The notes: generated from the sequence alone by a model not told the origin. DNA of 64,000 nucleotides from Macrostomum lignano (GCA_002269645.1 NIVC01000765.1:62001-126000); one strand, 5' to 3'; numbered from the stretch's first letter, positions 50,596 to 62,639 are shown. Program-made: numbers and translations.

Positions 50596-51409
50596 CTAAT
50601 TGCCAAGCGAGCAACTTTACCTGAAAAATTAATATTTATCCCCCACTTGCCACGGGCGAACGTCTATGGTCTCAGTGTAAATTTCATTTATTTGCATCGG
50701 TGCAAATAAACGGTTTATTTCACTCGCCCAAAGACAATATTAAAACGCTGTTTCTAACTGCTCACTTGGCTACATAGAGAGGATTGTCTGAAACATTCAC
50801 CGCATGTCTGAATCTGCAGAATACGGTATAGAAATTCTGCTATAGACCATAGACATCAAATCATTTTTTTTAAAATTGTCTCAACTTTCTTAAAGCGCCC
50901 CCTTGACCCCGCTTTCCCTGTTACGCTGTTTCTACTTTTAAGTGGTGGATACATCACATATTTCCCGTTAATACCAAGTGTCTAGGGCAAAAATGCTTTA
51001 TAAACCATATATATCATTGGGCTCGCAAGCACAGAACATATACAGTTCTGTGCTCCCAAGCCGTCTTCAGTAGTAGGAGTTGAGGCTCTAGACAGAACAC
51101 AATGCAGAAGTCACTTTCGCGTCAGAACAAATGCTTTCTACGCTTGCCTCTCTAATTCGTACGCTCAATTTTACTAAGTGGAATCCATTAGCAATCAATT
51201 TAAAGCTAAAAATTCAAAAAATTAAAATCCCCTTTGAGTCCTCTCCCCTCATCCGCTTGAGCCGCTCATTGTTGCTAGGCAATGAGCCAGGTAAATAGAA
51301 TTTCACTCCCCAGTGTTTTAAGGCATCGCAGCGGATTGCAGAGCCTCCCAGAACATCATCACACGAAGTAAAAGCTGCGGACTCAAAGCCAACTGCTACC
51401 AACGGCACA

Positions 51410-52411
51410 ATGCTCTCTCTGCTCATCATCTGGATTGTCATGGCAGCGGCTGCCACGGCTGAGAAGTCCTGCTGGAGTCTCCAGCGAGGCGACCTCGCCG
51501 AGTACCGGGTGCTGGCGGTGAAGCTGGCGGTCAACGACATTCACTGCGTGACTTCTGCTGAGAACGCGGAAGCCGTCCGCTTCGACGCGGCCTTGGGCTC
51601 CTGCTCGCTGCTGGCGTGCGATCGGGGAGCGATGGACGCCTGCAGGAAGTGCCGGCACGCCAGCGACTCCAGCCTGCCTCAGCTGTGGGTGAGTGAGCTG
51701 GGCTTTGCTTTGCGGCTTCTGCACTTTGCAGAAAGCAGAGCATCAATATGCGTGCACGAAATGCAGCACCGCATCAATATGCGTGCACGAAATGCAGCAC
51801 CGCATCAATATGCGTGCACAAAATGCAGCACCGCATCGCCCATTGCAGATGAGGAAGCCGGTGAAGTGCTGGACACCTTCCAGCACAGAGTCGACGGCTC
51901 CATTAGCTTCAACCGGAACTGGGCGGACTACGCGAGCGGATTCGGTCAGGGCGAGAGTCTCAACTACTGGATGGGACTGGAGCAGCTCCACCAGCTCACC
52001 GCCACTGGAGTGTGGAGAGTCCGCTGGGAGTTCAGCGACTGGAACGGCACCTGGTACTGGGCTGAGAATGCTCCGTTCTCTGTTGGTCCAGCGAGCGACA
52101 AGTACAGGTGCTCGATGGGACCTCTGGACGCGAGCAGGTCGAGTGTCGGACAGCGGACTGAAGCGAACTTCTCGCCGAACAACTGGCAGTTCAGCACTCC
52201 GGACTCCGACAACGACAACTGGAGCGGTGGAAGCTGCGCACAGGAAAGGCAGGCTGGGTGGTGGTACGGCTGGTGTGCATTCATTGACCCGAACGCAGTC
52301 TACAAAGAGTATCCCAACACACAGGGGCTTTACTATTACCTTAAAGGCTCGGCTAGCAATCTGATCATTCTTTACTCGATGAAGACTTTTGAGTGTCTGA
52401 TTTTTAATTGA
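51410..52411 (+). CDS. FReD protein, copy B (near-identical duplicate of 41705-42769); open as an unspliced 333-aa frame but frameshifted if spliced like copy A
   Basis: Duplicated block ~51147-52420 matches ~41437-42780; two fewer 31-bp repeat units and a 1-bp deletion (TGGACACC versus TGGACGACC). Confidence 0.8.
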   Translation: MLSLLIIWIVMAAAATAEKSCWSLQRGDLAEYRVLAVKLAVNDIHCVTSAENAEAVRFDAALGSCSLLACDRGAMDACRKCRHASDSSLPQLWVSELGFALRLLHFAESRASICVHEMQHRINMRARNAAPHQYACTKCSTASPIADEEAGEVLDTFQHRVDGSISFNRNWADYASGFGQGESLNYWMGLEQLHQLTATGVWRVRWEFSDWNGTWYWAENAPFSVGPASDKYRCSMGPLDASRSSVGQRTEANFSPNNWQFSTPDSDNDNWSGGSCAQERQAGWWYGWCAFIDPNAVYKEYPNTQGLYYYLKGSASNLIILYSMKTFECLIFN

Positions 52412-52586
52412 GTTGCTTAGTGCAGCTGTCGGCCGCTAGACTTCATCAGCTGGCCTGATCTCAATCTTGCACTCTAGAGTCCTTTCTTCACCCGTCACAC
52501 ATTCTTTACCTTCTACTCGTCAGTAGACGAACTCAGAAGTTTTTAATTGTGCACAAACATAAGAATGTCTGTTTCCTTTAGCAATC

Positions 52587-53601
52587 TGAAGTACTTGGTG
52601 GTTTCCTGTCGCTACTTCCCAATCAATCACGTGAGCTGCCTACCTTGCGAGCTCTTCTGGGAAGTCTCCGGGTTGATCTAGTAGCGTTGGTAGTGCTGCC
52701 ACCAGCTTCGCAGAGTCGCAGCCTTCGGTGAGGTGCTGAGCTCGTAGAAGCAAATAACTAAGACGAGAGAAAGAGACTCGCACTTCGTGCAGATTTAGCA
52801 GTTCTCGCGCAGAGGTGCCCACCGTCAGCAGTCATTGCCGGGCTGGTGCGGGGTGAGAGCGAAAGTGCTAGCTTCGGGCGATCCGAACTGGCCTGCTAAT
52901 TGATAGCAGGAGCAATCAAAGGCAGTCACGCGCAAAGTCGGGAGTCTTGGAGTTTAAGTTTAACGGGCGCGTTCAGAGTTCTTTAATGGCAGAGAGGCAA
53001 AGGGTCGGCAGAAAAGGGTTCTGGAAAGGCTTGTCTGAGCCAAGCCATGAGAGGGGCTGCATTTATAGAGGATCGATTGCACCATAGCACGAAAGACCCC
53101 CGCTGAGAGTCATGAGTGACTCTGTTACTATTTTTAGCAACAAACAAGCGGGTCCTGCCTCAGAGGAGGCAAGGGGGTCCGGGCGCACGTGATCTCCCCA
53201 TGAACACGAGCCCAGCGTACAATGATGAAATCATTGCACTTTGGACTAAAGAAGGAAGAAGGCCTTGTCATGTGACTGACTCACATGACAAGGGGAAAAG
53301 GCCCACAAGTGAAGGCACTCGTGACCGTGGGACCGGAAAACAGGATAGCACTCCAAATTTGGAGATGCCTGACAGAGAACGAAACAGAGGCAGGCCAGAC
53401 CAAGCTGTCTGGGCACTGCAAAAGGGAAAACGAAACAAAAGGGGCAAGCGAGGACAAACAGACAGACAAACGGGCAAAGGACAGGCGGGAGGACAGGCGA
53501 GGAGGGACAGGCAACTGCCCAGCGGCAGACAGAAGCCTGGGGCGAGGGCGAGGGCAACAGCTGACTAGTGCGGCGCCTAACTAAACTAGCGACTCACTAC
53601 A
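52587..53601 (-). mobile_element. Solo LTR, 1015 bp, related to 22638-23700
   Basis: TGAAGT..ACTACA termini, TSD AATC at 52583-52586 and 53602-53605, shared end AACTAGCG.CTCACTACA, minus-strand TATAAA near 53063. Confidence 0.8.
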
Positions 53602-55623
53602 AATCGTAGAGTACTTTATCGTGCAACTGTTACAATACGAGAATTCTAACGTAGTATGCTCTATACTTTTTGTATTGCTGTAAGGTACTATGCAATAAAC
53701 TTTCCTCTGATCCTTAAAATCCCACTTAAATACAAGCAGCAATCCAGTAATGCTACGAGCGTATATGCATGTACACGTACGTATGTAAAGTACTTGTCGA
53801 CTTTTTTAATTTCGTTTATCAGGATGTTGCTGTCCTCTAGAAACTGGTAAGGATAGTGGGGTCGCATGCAGGCGTATAACAGTGATTTACATGTACTGTC
53901 TGTGCTGTATGTGTACGTATGTACTGTCTGTGCTATACATGTGTACTGTCTGTGCTGTATGTGCTGTATGTGCTGCAATGTACCAAGGGCGACGCCATGG
54001 ATTTTATGGGGGTGAACAAAATCAAGAAATTCAAATGTACATGACTATAAATTCCTAAATTTCCATTATACGAGTGCTGTATGAGCTGTATGTGCTGTAT
54101 GTGTATGTATACGTATTAATATATGTATTAAGAATCGTGCTGTCAGCGTTCATTTTTGGCGCCGCAGGCACTCATTTTGGCGCCACAGCTGGGGACTCAT
54201 TTTGGCGCCGTAGATACTCCTTTTGGCGCTATTTTTGCGCCGTGAAGAAAAATTATTGATAACAACACAACAGGTCACAATGTGGGGTGGTGGTGGGGGG
54301 ACAAAGCATTGGCATGTCCCCCATAGCTTTTACTGGGGGGAGGGACGTTCTTTTTCTTCACCCCCTCTCTCCTCTCCCTCTGCACCCATCAAAACTGTCA
54401 TCAAAAAAGCAGACACCCAAAAAATCTGAGTCCGCAAAGCCAGTAGTTGATCCGAGAGCAGCTCTGCCGTGTTCAAGGATTCAATCAATGCAACTTTTTA
54501 TGCCTTTTAAAAGCAGCCTCGGTTTATTAGTGATTCAACAGAGCATATTAATAGCAGATAGAATCCTCAGGTTTTCACACAGCTTCAGCAACATCAATAT
54601 TGAATTATATTGAATATATGAACATCGGGCCTAGGCGTTAAGAAAATAGTGAACAAATAAGCAAATTGTGTCGAGAGCTGCAGGACTGCACACAGTTTCC
54701 CGCGATGAAGCCACAAAGACAGAAAAATCAAATTTCAAATTTTTGCCTTTTCATTTTCAACACATTATTAAGCTGCAGAAGATTTCCAACCAGCAACATA
54801 CAAAGTGAATATTTACTGCACATACTACTGATTTACAATTGCAAAAATACTGCTTTATAAAAATTGTTAACGAACGCATGAGAAAAGCTATCAGGCAAAT
54901 ATTAATAATATATATATATATATAATAGACAAAAGATAGGCTTAGATTTATATATGCATATACATATATAGTGTGCAGGCCGACCCTGATAATGGCATCA
55001 CAATGGCATCAACATTCGCTAATTTAGCTTGCGTTGAAATTCTGTACAATAGAAACAAAATTCGTTAACAATATTCGCATCACGCTACTGAACAAGTTAG
55101 AAATAGAATTAGAAAGGCTTATTATTAATTAAATTACAAAATTGGAAGTAGTAAAATTAGCTTGATGAGGGATGAATTTATTCGGGGCATAGGCAATTTC
55201 GCCTACTAACAGTAGGCAGTAGCATCTGTAGGCTGAGGCAGATTGTAGGCTGCTGATAAAAAAGTTTCTAAATTTTTGCAACTGAGAAACAGAGCTGAGA
55301 AACAGTTATGAGTAGTATGATGGGCATTTTTGTACAACACAAGTATAGAGAAAATGTCTATTCCCTACTAGTAGTAGTATGCGGAACCCTAGACATAGAA
55401 AGCTATATATAATTTTATATGCTATGTAGCTGTAATTTAGTTAGCATAATTAATTATTAGATCAATTAATGTGCAATATTCAGCAGGCAAATTTGATGCA
55501 ATAAAGAATACAACGGCAGGTGAAGGATGAATGCAAATGATTTATTTTCAACAGAAATTGCAACTCAAATTGCGCCCGTATCAGTCCTGTGTCTGCGCGC
55601 AACTGGTGTGCTCACGCTCTGGG

Positions 55624-55750
55624 TTACACGAATGTCACATTTCTCGTGTCATAGGTGGGGTCGTCTTCAGTGGAATCGGCCGAGTCGCGGCCATCGTCAG
55701 CGTCGGCAGCTCGCTGCTGCTGGGGGCCCGCCGGCGCATCCGCGGGCAGC
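55624..55750 (-). CDS. Dscam: Dscam-like last exon, ending ..YDTRNVTFV*
   Basis: TTTCCGCAG acceptor, phase 2 matches the donor at 56418; TAA at 55626-55624. Confidence 0.75.
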
Positions 55751-56418
55751 CTGCGGAAAGGTTGAAAAGGAAAAGAAAAATTTAGCCGATATGTATGGAA
55801 AATTACTTAAATATATACAAATTGCGTGTATTCTGTAGAGATCATTTAGGAAGACTGTCGATATGTATCGAATCGAAAGTAGACTTTGCAAATTACAATT
55901 TACGAACGTTGCCGATATGTATCGAAAGAATATCTTTTGAAAATTAATATTTTATAGGACAGGGGATCAAAGCTATCAACCTTGCCGATATGTATAGAAA
56001 GTATATTTTTTTGCAAATTAATACTTTGTGAGACAGCGGGTCTAATTTATCAACTTGCCGATATGTATCGAAAGTGACTTTTCGTAACTTACTATTCTAT
56101 AGGACAGGGATCACTTTGTCAACCTTGCCGATATGTATCGAAAGTAAACTTTTAGCAAATTACTATTTTATTGGAAAAGGGATCGAATTTATCAATATTG
56201 CAGACATGCATAGAAAGTTTTTTTTAAGTATACAATTGCATACTGTAGTTAAATGCTAGAAAACTGCCGATATGTATCGAAAGTATACTTTGTTGTAGAG
56301 AAAATTTTCAAATTTTAGAGGATCAGATTTAGCAACAACGTAGCCAATATACAAGACTGGAGTAAAATATTTACAAATAAGCCGATATGTATCGAAAAAA
56401 TACTTTCAAAACTCTCAC

Positions 56419-56956
56419 CTATTGCCGCCAAGCAGCTGTTGAACTTCATCTTCAACATCCTCCCTGGTGGCCGGCATCGCCGCCGCCGGCTGCTGCTGCC
56501 GCTCAGGCCAGTAGAGCCGTTGCGACGGCCTGTAGGAGTTGTAGATGCTGCTGCCGCCGGCGCCGCCTCCGGCCAGTCTGTGCCGAGGGCCCGGCTGGGT
56601 GCCGTAGTTGTAGGCGGAGTCCGTGGCCTCGTAGACCCCAGTGCCGTAGCTGTCCGCCTCCGACGGAGGCACCCGACGCTGCTGTTGAGGCTGCTGCCTG
56701 CCGTTGTTGTTGTTGTTGTTGTTGTTGTTGTTATTCTTGAAGCTCCGTCGGAACTGCTGCTGCTGTTGTTGCTGTTGCTGCGGCACTGAAGGGAGGGTGC
56801 CGTTGCGCGACTTCGGCATGAGGCCGCCCGTCAGGGTCAGCGAGCGCTGCATGACGTCATCGATGCTCTCGTAGGTCTGCTCGGACTCCGCCATAGACGG
56901 CTGCCGGCGGTGCCGACCCAGCATCGGCGGCTGCGGCTGGCGGGACCGCGGATCGT
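56419..56956 (-). CDS. Dscam: Dscam-like cytoplasmic exon (poly-Q/N, several Tyr motifs)
   Basis: Phase-1 acceptor; EQTYESIDDV, SAYNYG; GTGAGA donor at 56418. Confidence 0.8.
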
Positions 56957-57002
56957 CTGCGGGTTGGAAGGGCCAGGTTGAAGGACTGGATGGATGGTGG
57001 GG

Positions 57003-57026
57003 ACAGACAGAGACAGACAGACAGAC

Positions 57027-57097
<71 letters not shown>

Positions 57098-57102
57098 TAA
57101 GC

Positions 57103-57137
<35 letters not shown>

Positions 57138-57158
57138 TAAGCAGACAGACAGGCAGGC

Positions 57159-57189
<31 letters not shown>

Positions 57190-57314
57190 TAAGCAGACAG
57201 ACAGACAGACAGACAGACAGATAAGCAGACAGACAGGCAGACAGACAGACAGAAAAACAGACGGATAAGCAGACAGACAGACAGACAGACGGACAGATAA
57301 GCAGACAGACAGGC

Positions 57315-57387
<73 letters not shown>

Positions 57388-57422
57388 GGTAAGCAGACAG
57401 ACAGACAGACAGACAGATAAGC

Positions 57423-57471
<49 letters not shown>

Positions 57472-57518
57472 GCCAGACAGACAGGTAAGCAGACAGACAG
57501 ACAGACAGACAGATAAGC

Positions 57519-57584
<66 letters not shown>

Positions 57585-57606
57585 GCAGACAGACAGACAA
57601 ACAGGC

Positions 57607-57639
<33 letters not shown>

Positions 57640-57701
57640 CTAAGACAGACAGATAAGCAGACAGACAGGCAGACAGACAGACAGACAGACAGACAGACAG
57701 G

Positions 57702-57737
<36 letters not shown>

Positions 57738-57774
57738 TAAGCAGACAGACAGACAGACAAACAGACAGATAAGC

Positions 57775-57834
<60 letters not shown>

Positions 57835-57835
57835 G
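57003..57835. repeat. (AGAC)n microsatellite filling a Dscam intron
   Basis: Direct reading. Confidence 0.97.
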
Positions 57836-57848
57836 GCCAGTGGCTCAC

Positions 57849-58495
57849 CCTGCTGGTACAGCGGCACCTCGCAGGTGGCATTGCGCAGCTCGTTGGGGTT
57901 GGGCGGCAGGTTGGTGAAGTTTCTGATCCCGGGATCCGTGGTCTCGCTGCTGCCTGAGTTCTCCTCGTACTCGGCCGTGTGCGCAGGCAGCGGATGGTGC
58001 ATCGGCGCCAGCTGTTGCAGCAGCTGCTGCGTCCGGTAGGCATCAACCAGCTCCTCGTGGTTGCTGCTCAGAGTGGTGGCAGAGCTCATGTGGCTGGCGC
58101 GGACGCCGAGGCCCAGAGCCGGGTGCTGGTGGTGGCCGGAGGGCTGCAGCTGCGGGCCGCCCTTCGCGTAGGGCCCGCCACCCGCCAGAGTTGATGACTC
58201 GTTCTCGTACGGCGGCAGCTGCTGCTGTTGCAAAATCTGCTTTGGCTGCTTTGAGCCGCCGCCGCCGCCTCCGCCTGCTCCAGGGCCGTTGCGGACCGGC
58301 TTTGTTGCACCGTCAGCGTCGAAGGTGGCGTAGGCGCGGATGTTGCCCTTGGAGTCCACGGACTCGCGGTCGTCCTCGTCGTCTTCGTATGGCACCGCGG
58401 CTGGCGGCTTGCCGACCAGGACCTGCGGGGCCCTGATGCCTTTCTCGTGTTGTAGCAGCAGGTGCTGCTGCTGCTGGTACTGCTGATGGTAGTTG
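57849..58495 (-). CDS. Dscam: Dscam-like cytoplasmic exon (acceptor uncertain, exon start 58495 or 58497)
   Basis: PYEDDEDD..IRAYATFD resembles the Dscam PYATF motif; GTGAGC donor at 57848. Confidence 0.75.
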
Positions 58496-58554
58496 CTCTG
58501 TGGGTTTAGGAGTCACACGGGTTCGCGAAGGGCTAGAAAAAATTCGTTAAGAGT

Positions 58555-58915
58555 TGGAAGGGCTGGAAGGGTTTGTGAAGGGTTGGAAGGGTTCGTGAAG
58601 GGTTGGAAGGGTTCGTGAAGGGTTGGAAGGGTTCGTGAAGGGTTGGAAGGGTTCGTGAAGGGTTGGAAGGGTTTGTGAAAGGTTGGAAGGGTTTTTGAAG
58701 GTTCGAAAGGGTTTTTGAAGGGTTGGAAGGGTTTGTGAAGCGTTGGAAGGGTTTAAGAAGGGTTGGAAAAGTTTGCAAAGTGCTGGAAGGTTTGTGAAGG
58801 GTTAGAAGGATTTGTGAAGGGTTGATAGGGTTTAAAAAGGGTTGGAAGTGTTTGTGAAGGGTTGGAAGGGTTTGTAAAGCGTTGGAAGGGTCCGTGAAGG
58901 GTTGGAAGGGTTCTT
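58555..58915. repeat. 20-bp tandem repeat GAAGGGTTGGAAGGGTTCGT in a Dscam intron
   Basis: Direct reading. Confidence 0.92.
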
Positions 58916-58961
58916 GAAGCGTTGCAAAGATTTTCCGGAGCTTCAAAAGAAAGTCTCTCAC

Positions 58962-59428
58962 CTGTACTGCTGTTGCTGTTGGAGCAGCAAGTGCTGCTGA
59001 TGAGGCGGAAGCAGGTGGTGCGGGGGCTGCTGCTGCAGTTGATCAACTGGAATTCCCGGCGAGTGCTGCTTGTGCTGCCTGTACAGCACGGTGGTGCACA
59101 CAGCGAACAGGCACACCAGCAGAAGGGCCAGTACACCGGCGGCCAAGATGTACGGCCAGTTCTGCCACCCTGAGATGCCGCCCGACGAGGGCATGCCGTT
59201 CGGCAAGTTCGGCTGGGATCGGGACGACTCCTTAGCTCCGCTGGTGCCGGCGTGGCCGACTTCGCCGCGACCGTCGATGCCGCGCAGGAGGAGGCCAGTG
59301 AGCTTCAGGCTGCTTTGGATCGTCAGGTTGCCGGCGGCGTTGTGCGCCACCACGGCGAAGTGCAGCAGTCGGCCTTCAGCTGACACTCCTCGTCTGGCGA
59401 GTCCCGTCAGAAGGTTCGAGTCTAGGAC
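58962..59428 (-). CDS. Dscam: Dscam-like exon: end of last FN3, transmembrane helix, juxtamembrane region
   Basis: FAVVAHNAAGN; TM YILAAGVLALLLVCLFAVCTTVLY followed by RQHK; GTGAGA donor at 58961. Confidence 0.87.
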
Positions 59429-59587
59429 CTTTGAGCGCGGGGATAAGGATAGTGGAAACCATGAGTGCCTTTAGTGTAAAAATGTGCATTGATTTCTACG
59501 GAATTTCCATGGATTTTCCGCGGAACTTCCCTGGCTTTTCCACGGAATTTCCGTGGATTTTTTTCATAGAAAGCATTATTTCCTCAC

Positions 59588-60138
59588 CTTTAGACAGCAG
59601 CCATTTTCCAGACTGTCTCGAGTGGCCACGGCGGTTGGCTGTAAAATGCCGCGCTCGAAACCGTTTTCCAGCGGGAGGCTGTTCAAATACACCAGATATT
59701 TGTAGGCGTGACAGCCGTCTCCCGGCAGGATGTCGGTGAAGTTGAATTCGATTCCAATTCGATTGGTAAGAATCTGAGCGATGGGACCGGCGCCGCTGCG
59801 CAGCACAGGCCTGGATCCCAGAGTCCGCATCTCCATGTACTCGGTGTAGGGGCTCTTCAGATCGAAGCCGTTCACTGCGCGTATTCGAAATTTCATAGCT
59901 GCGCCGCATTGGACCGGGTCGACCAGGTAGGACCGGTTGCGGGCGCTCACCGTTCGCGTGTCCTCGGCTGCCGAGTAGAGGTTGACATAGTTGAGATTGT
60001 AGCCAGCAATCAGGGAGTCGCCAGCCGCCACAGGGATGGAGGCCGAGTCGCGAGATCCGATGCCCATCGGGCGCCAGATTACCTCTAGGGAGGAGTTGGT
60101 TCGCTGGCCGGGCAGCAGCCGCGGAGTCTGCGGCACAG
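59588..60138 (-). CDS. Dscam: Dscam-like exon: FN5 and start of FN6
   Basis: PQTPRL..SSLEVIW..IAGYNLNY..VQCG..FRIRAVN..TLGSRP..GDGC; phases 1 and 0 fit both neighbours. Confidence 0.9.
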
Positions 60139-60480
60139 CTGGAATTGACAACAAAAAAGTTACTGCCTAAAAAGGGCCGTTTTATATAAAAGAAATACTA
60201 CTGTTAGGTACATGTAGATAGCTTATGTAGGCTTCCTGTAAGGGCCATTTTAACTATAGAACAGTTAGGTAGATAGCTTAGGTAGGTGCCTTAAAAGGGC
60301 TGTTTTAACTAAAAAATATAGGAAGATTACTAAGGTTGGTGCCTTAAAACGGCCGTTTTAACTATAAAACTGTTAGGTAGACAGCTTAGATTGGTGCCCT
60401 AAAATGGCCGTGTTACACACAGGAATGAAGAATTATGCAAATAATTATTATATAGGCCTAAAAGAGTGGCAAAAACTTAC

Positions 60481-60629
60481 GCAGATTCTGCACGGTAGCA
60501 ACCTGAACATTGTAGGTAACTGAGGACGTGTCGTCCGTGTCGCTGCATTTATACCTGTGCGGACCGCCGATATTGCGAAGACCAGTAATAACAAGCGAAC
60601 CATTGGGAAGCCGTTCGGTGCGAGGCGAG
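60481..60629 (-). CDS. Dscam: Dscam-like exon: Ig10 C-half
   Basis: LPNGSLVITGL..YKCS..VTYNVQV; phases 2 and 1 fit. Confidence 0.85.
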
Positions 60630-60720
60630 CTAAAATTTGTTCAAAGGTAATTTTTAATTCACTTCAGCTAAAAAGCAATGCTAAGATTTCATTAAAAAAG
60701 ACCAGTTTCTCAGCACTTAC

Positions 60721-60844
60721 TCCACAGTTGGCATGGTCCACCTGGGGCTGGTGTTACCGTGGCCCACAATATAGCAATCGAGCACTAGGCGGGCGCTCTG
60801 GGTAACCAGAAAGTCCTGCCGGAATGACACAACTTGCAGTCGGG
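60721..60844 (-). CDS. Dscam: Dscam-like exon: Ig10 N-half
   Basis: PRLQVVSF..LVLDCYIVG..PRW; phases 1 and 2 fit; GTAAGT donor. Confidence 0.85.
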
Positions 60845-61155
60845 CTGAAATTTGCAAATTAAAAAACCAAAATCCTTATTACCAGTAGTTTATGTAGCAA
60901 ATTTAGATAATTTTCAATATTTAACGTATATTCCTTTTATCTCTACTATAAGTAGAATAGTTAATAAAAGTTTATTTTTTTACTTGTAAATTTAGTTCTT
61001 TCTACTGTCAGTAAAGTATCGAGAAAATGCTAAGTGTTTTCGATAACAATTTTTCTCTAAAAGGCCTCGTCTTCCATACAACACTTTGTCATTGCCATCT
61101 GCCCTGAAAAGGGCCGTTTTCTTTCATTTCGACCAAACAAACAAAACAAACTCAC

Positions 61156-61617
61156 GGGTTTCAGAGACAAATAGCAACTCCCGTCGCGAATAGCGTCCCA
61201 AAAAATTGTCATTTTCGGCTGCCACACTGAACTCGCATTGCGCATTGACTGACAGGCCGCCGATGAGCTGGTGCTCATAGTGAGACACCGGCCCGCCAGC
61301 TGGAAGGGGGTGATCAATCTCCGAGGCGGTTTTATCCGAGCAGGTGTACTTTATTTTGTAGCCTTTCAGGCGGCCGTTTGGCGCCTCAGTCTGGCGCCAG
61401 GCCAGCACAGCGTGGGTGGCGTTCACGCCGTAGGCGCGCACGTCGAGAGGCGGATCCGGCGGAGCGGACTGGGTGCGACAGAAAATCCTGCTGGTTGGCG
61501 CTGACCGTCCTTTGCTGTTGGCTACCGTGACAGTGAATGAATAGTTGGTGTACATCTGCAGGCCGCTGACGAGGTGCTCGGAGCCTTCCGATGTCTCTTC
61601 TTTGGCGAGGGTTTCGT
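61156..61617 (-). CDS. Dscam: Dscam-like exon: FN3 end and FN4
   Basis: GLQMYTNYSFTVTVAN..CRTQSAPPDPP..LAW..NGRLKGYKIKY; phases 1 and 1 fit. Confidence 0.92.
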
Positions 61618-61644
61618 CTGTGTGAGAGACAGCGTTGCTTGTGA

Positions 61645-62240
61645 TTAGATTGTGATTAGTTCTTCATTAGATTGTCATTAGATTGTCATTAACTTGTCAT
61701 TGGCTTGTCATTAGATTGTGATTAATTTGTCATTAGATTTTTATTAGATTGTCATTAGCTTGTCATTAGTTTATGATTAGCTTGTCATTAGCTTGTCATT
61801 AGATTGTCATTAGATTGTCATTGGCTTGTCATTAGATTGTCATTAGCTTGTCATTAGATTGTCATTGGCTTGTCATTAGATTGTCATTAGATTGTCATTA
61901 GATTGTGATTAGTTTGTCATTAGATTTTTATTGGATTGTCATTAGCTTGTCATTAGTTTATGATTAGCTAATGATTAGCTTGTCATTAGATTGTCATTAG
62001 ATTTCTGTTAGATTGTCATTAGCTTGTCATTAGATTGTCATTAGATTGTCATTGGCTTGTCATTAGATTGTCATTAGCTTGTCATTAGATTGTCATTGGC
62101 TTGTCATTGGCTTGTCATTAGATTGTCATTAGATTGTGATTAGTTTGTCATTAGATTTTTATTAGATTGTCATTAGCTTGTCATCAGTTTATGATTAGCT
62201 TGCCATTAGATTGTCATTAATTTTTTTTAGATTGTCATTA
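61645..62240. repeat. 10-bp tandem repeat TTGTCATTAG variants in a Dscam intron
   Basis: Direct reading. Confidence 0.92.
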
Positions 62241-62400
62241 GTATATCAGGTACACTCCCTGCGTGTCTTGGGGGCTGGCCCTCGTGAGCGGTCACGTACC
62301 AGACACGGAATCGAACCTGGGACCACTTTGACACGTCTACTACTGAGCTGCACTGCTCCCCATATGGGAGAATTAGGCTGTAAGAAAAGCAGGTACTCAC

Positions 62401-62553
62401 TCTGCTCAATGGCGTCCTGAGCTGGCATGTACTGAATCTGATAGTCCTTAGCGATGCCGTTCACGCTGCTGGGGTCCGGGGCTCGCCACGACACCAAAAT
62501 CTGCGAATTGGACTTCGCTTCGCATCTCGGACTTGCCGGCGGCGATCTGGGAG
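62401..62553 (-). CDS. Dscam: Dscam-like exon: FN3 N-half
   Basis: PRSPP..C..KSNSQILVSWRAP..VNGIAKDYQIQY; GTGAGT donor at 62400. Confidence 0.9.
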
Positions 62554-62639
62554 CTGAAATTTGAAATTCATTTTGCATATATATACTCGTACATGTCGAT
62601 TTACCCGCTGCAGCGGTGGGATCTGCTCGTACATGTATG

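Noticed and set aside
55780-56400. CRISPR-like array
   Set aside because: Eukaryotic intron, repeats not identical, spacers related to one another, no cas genes.
62378-62400. 23-nt micro-intron followed by an extra Dscam exon
   Set aside because: Would place an immediate in-frame TAA; the 62401-61617 join is already in phase.
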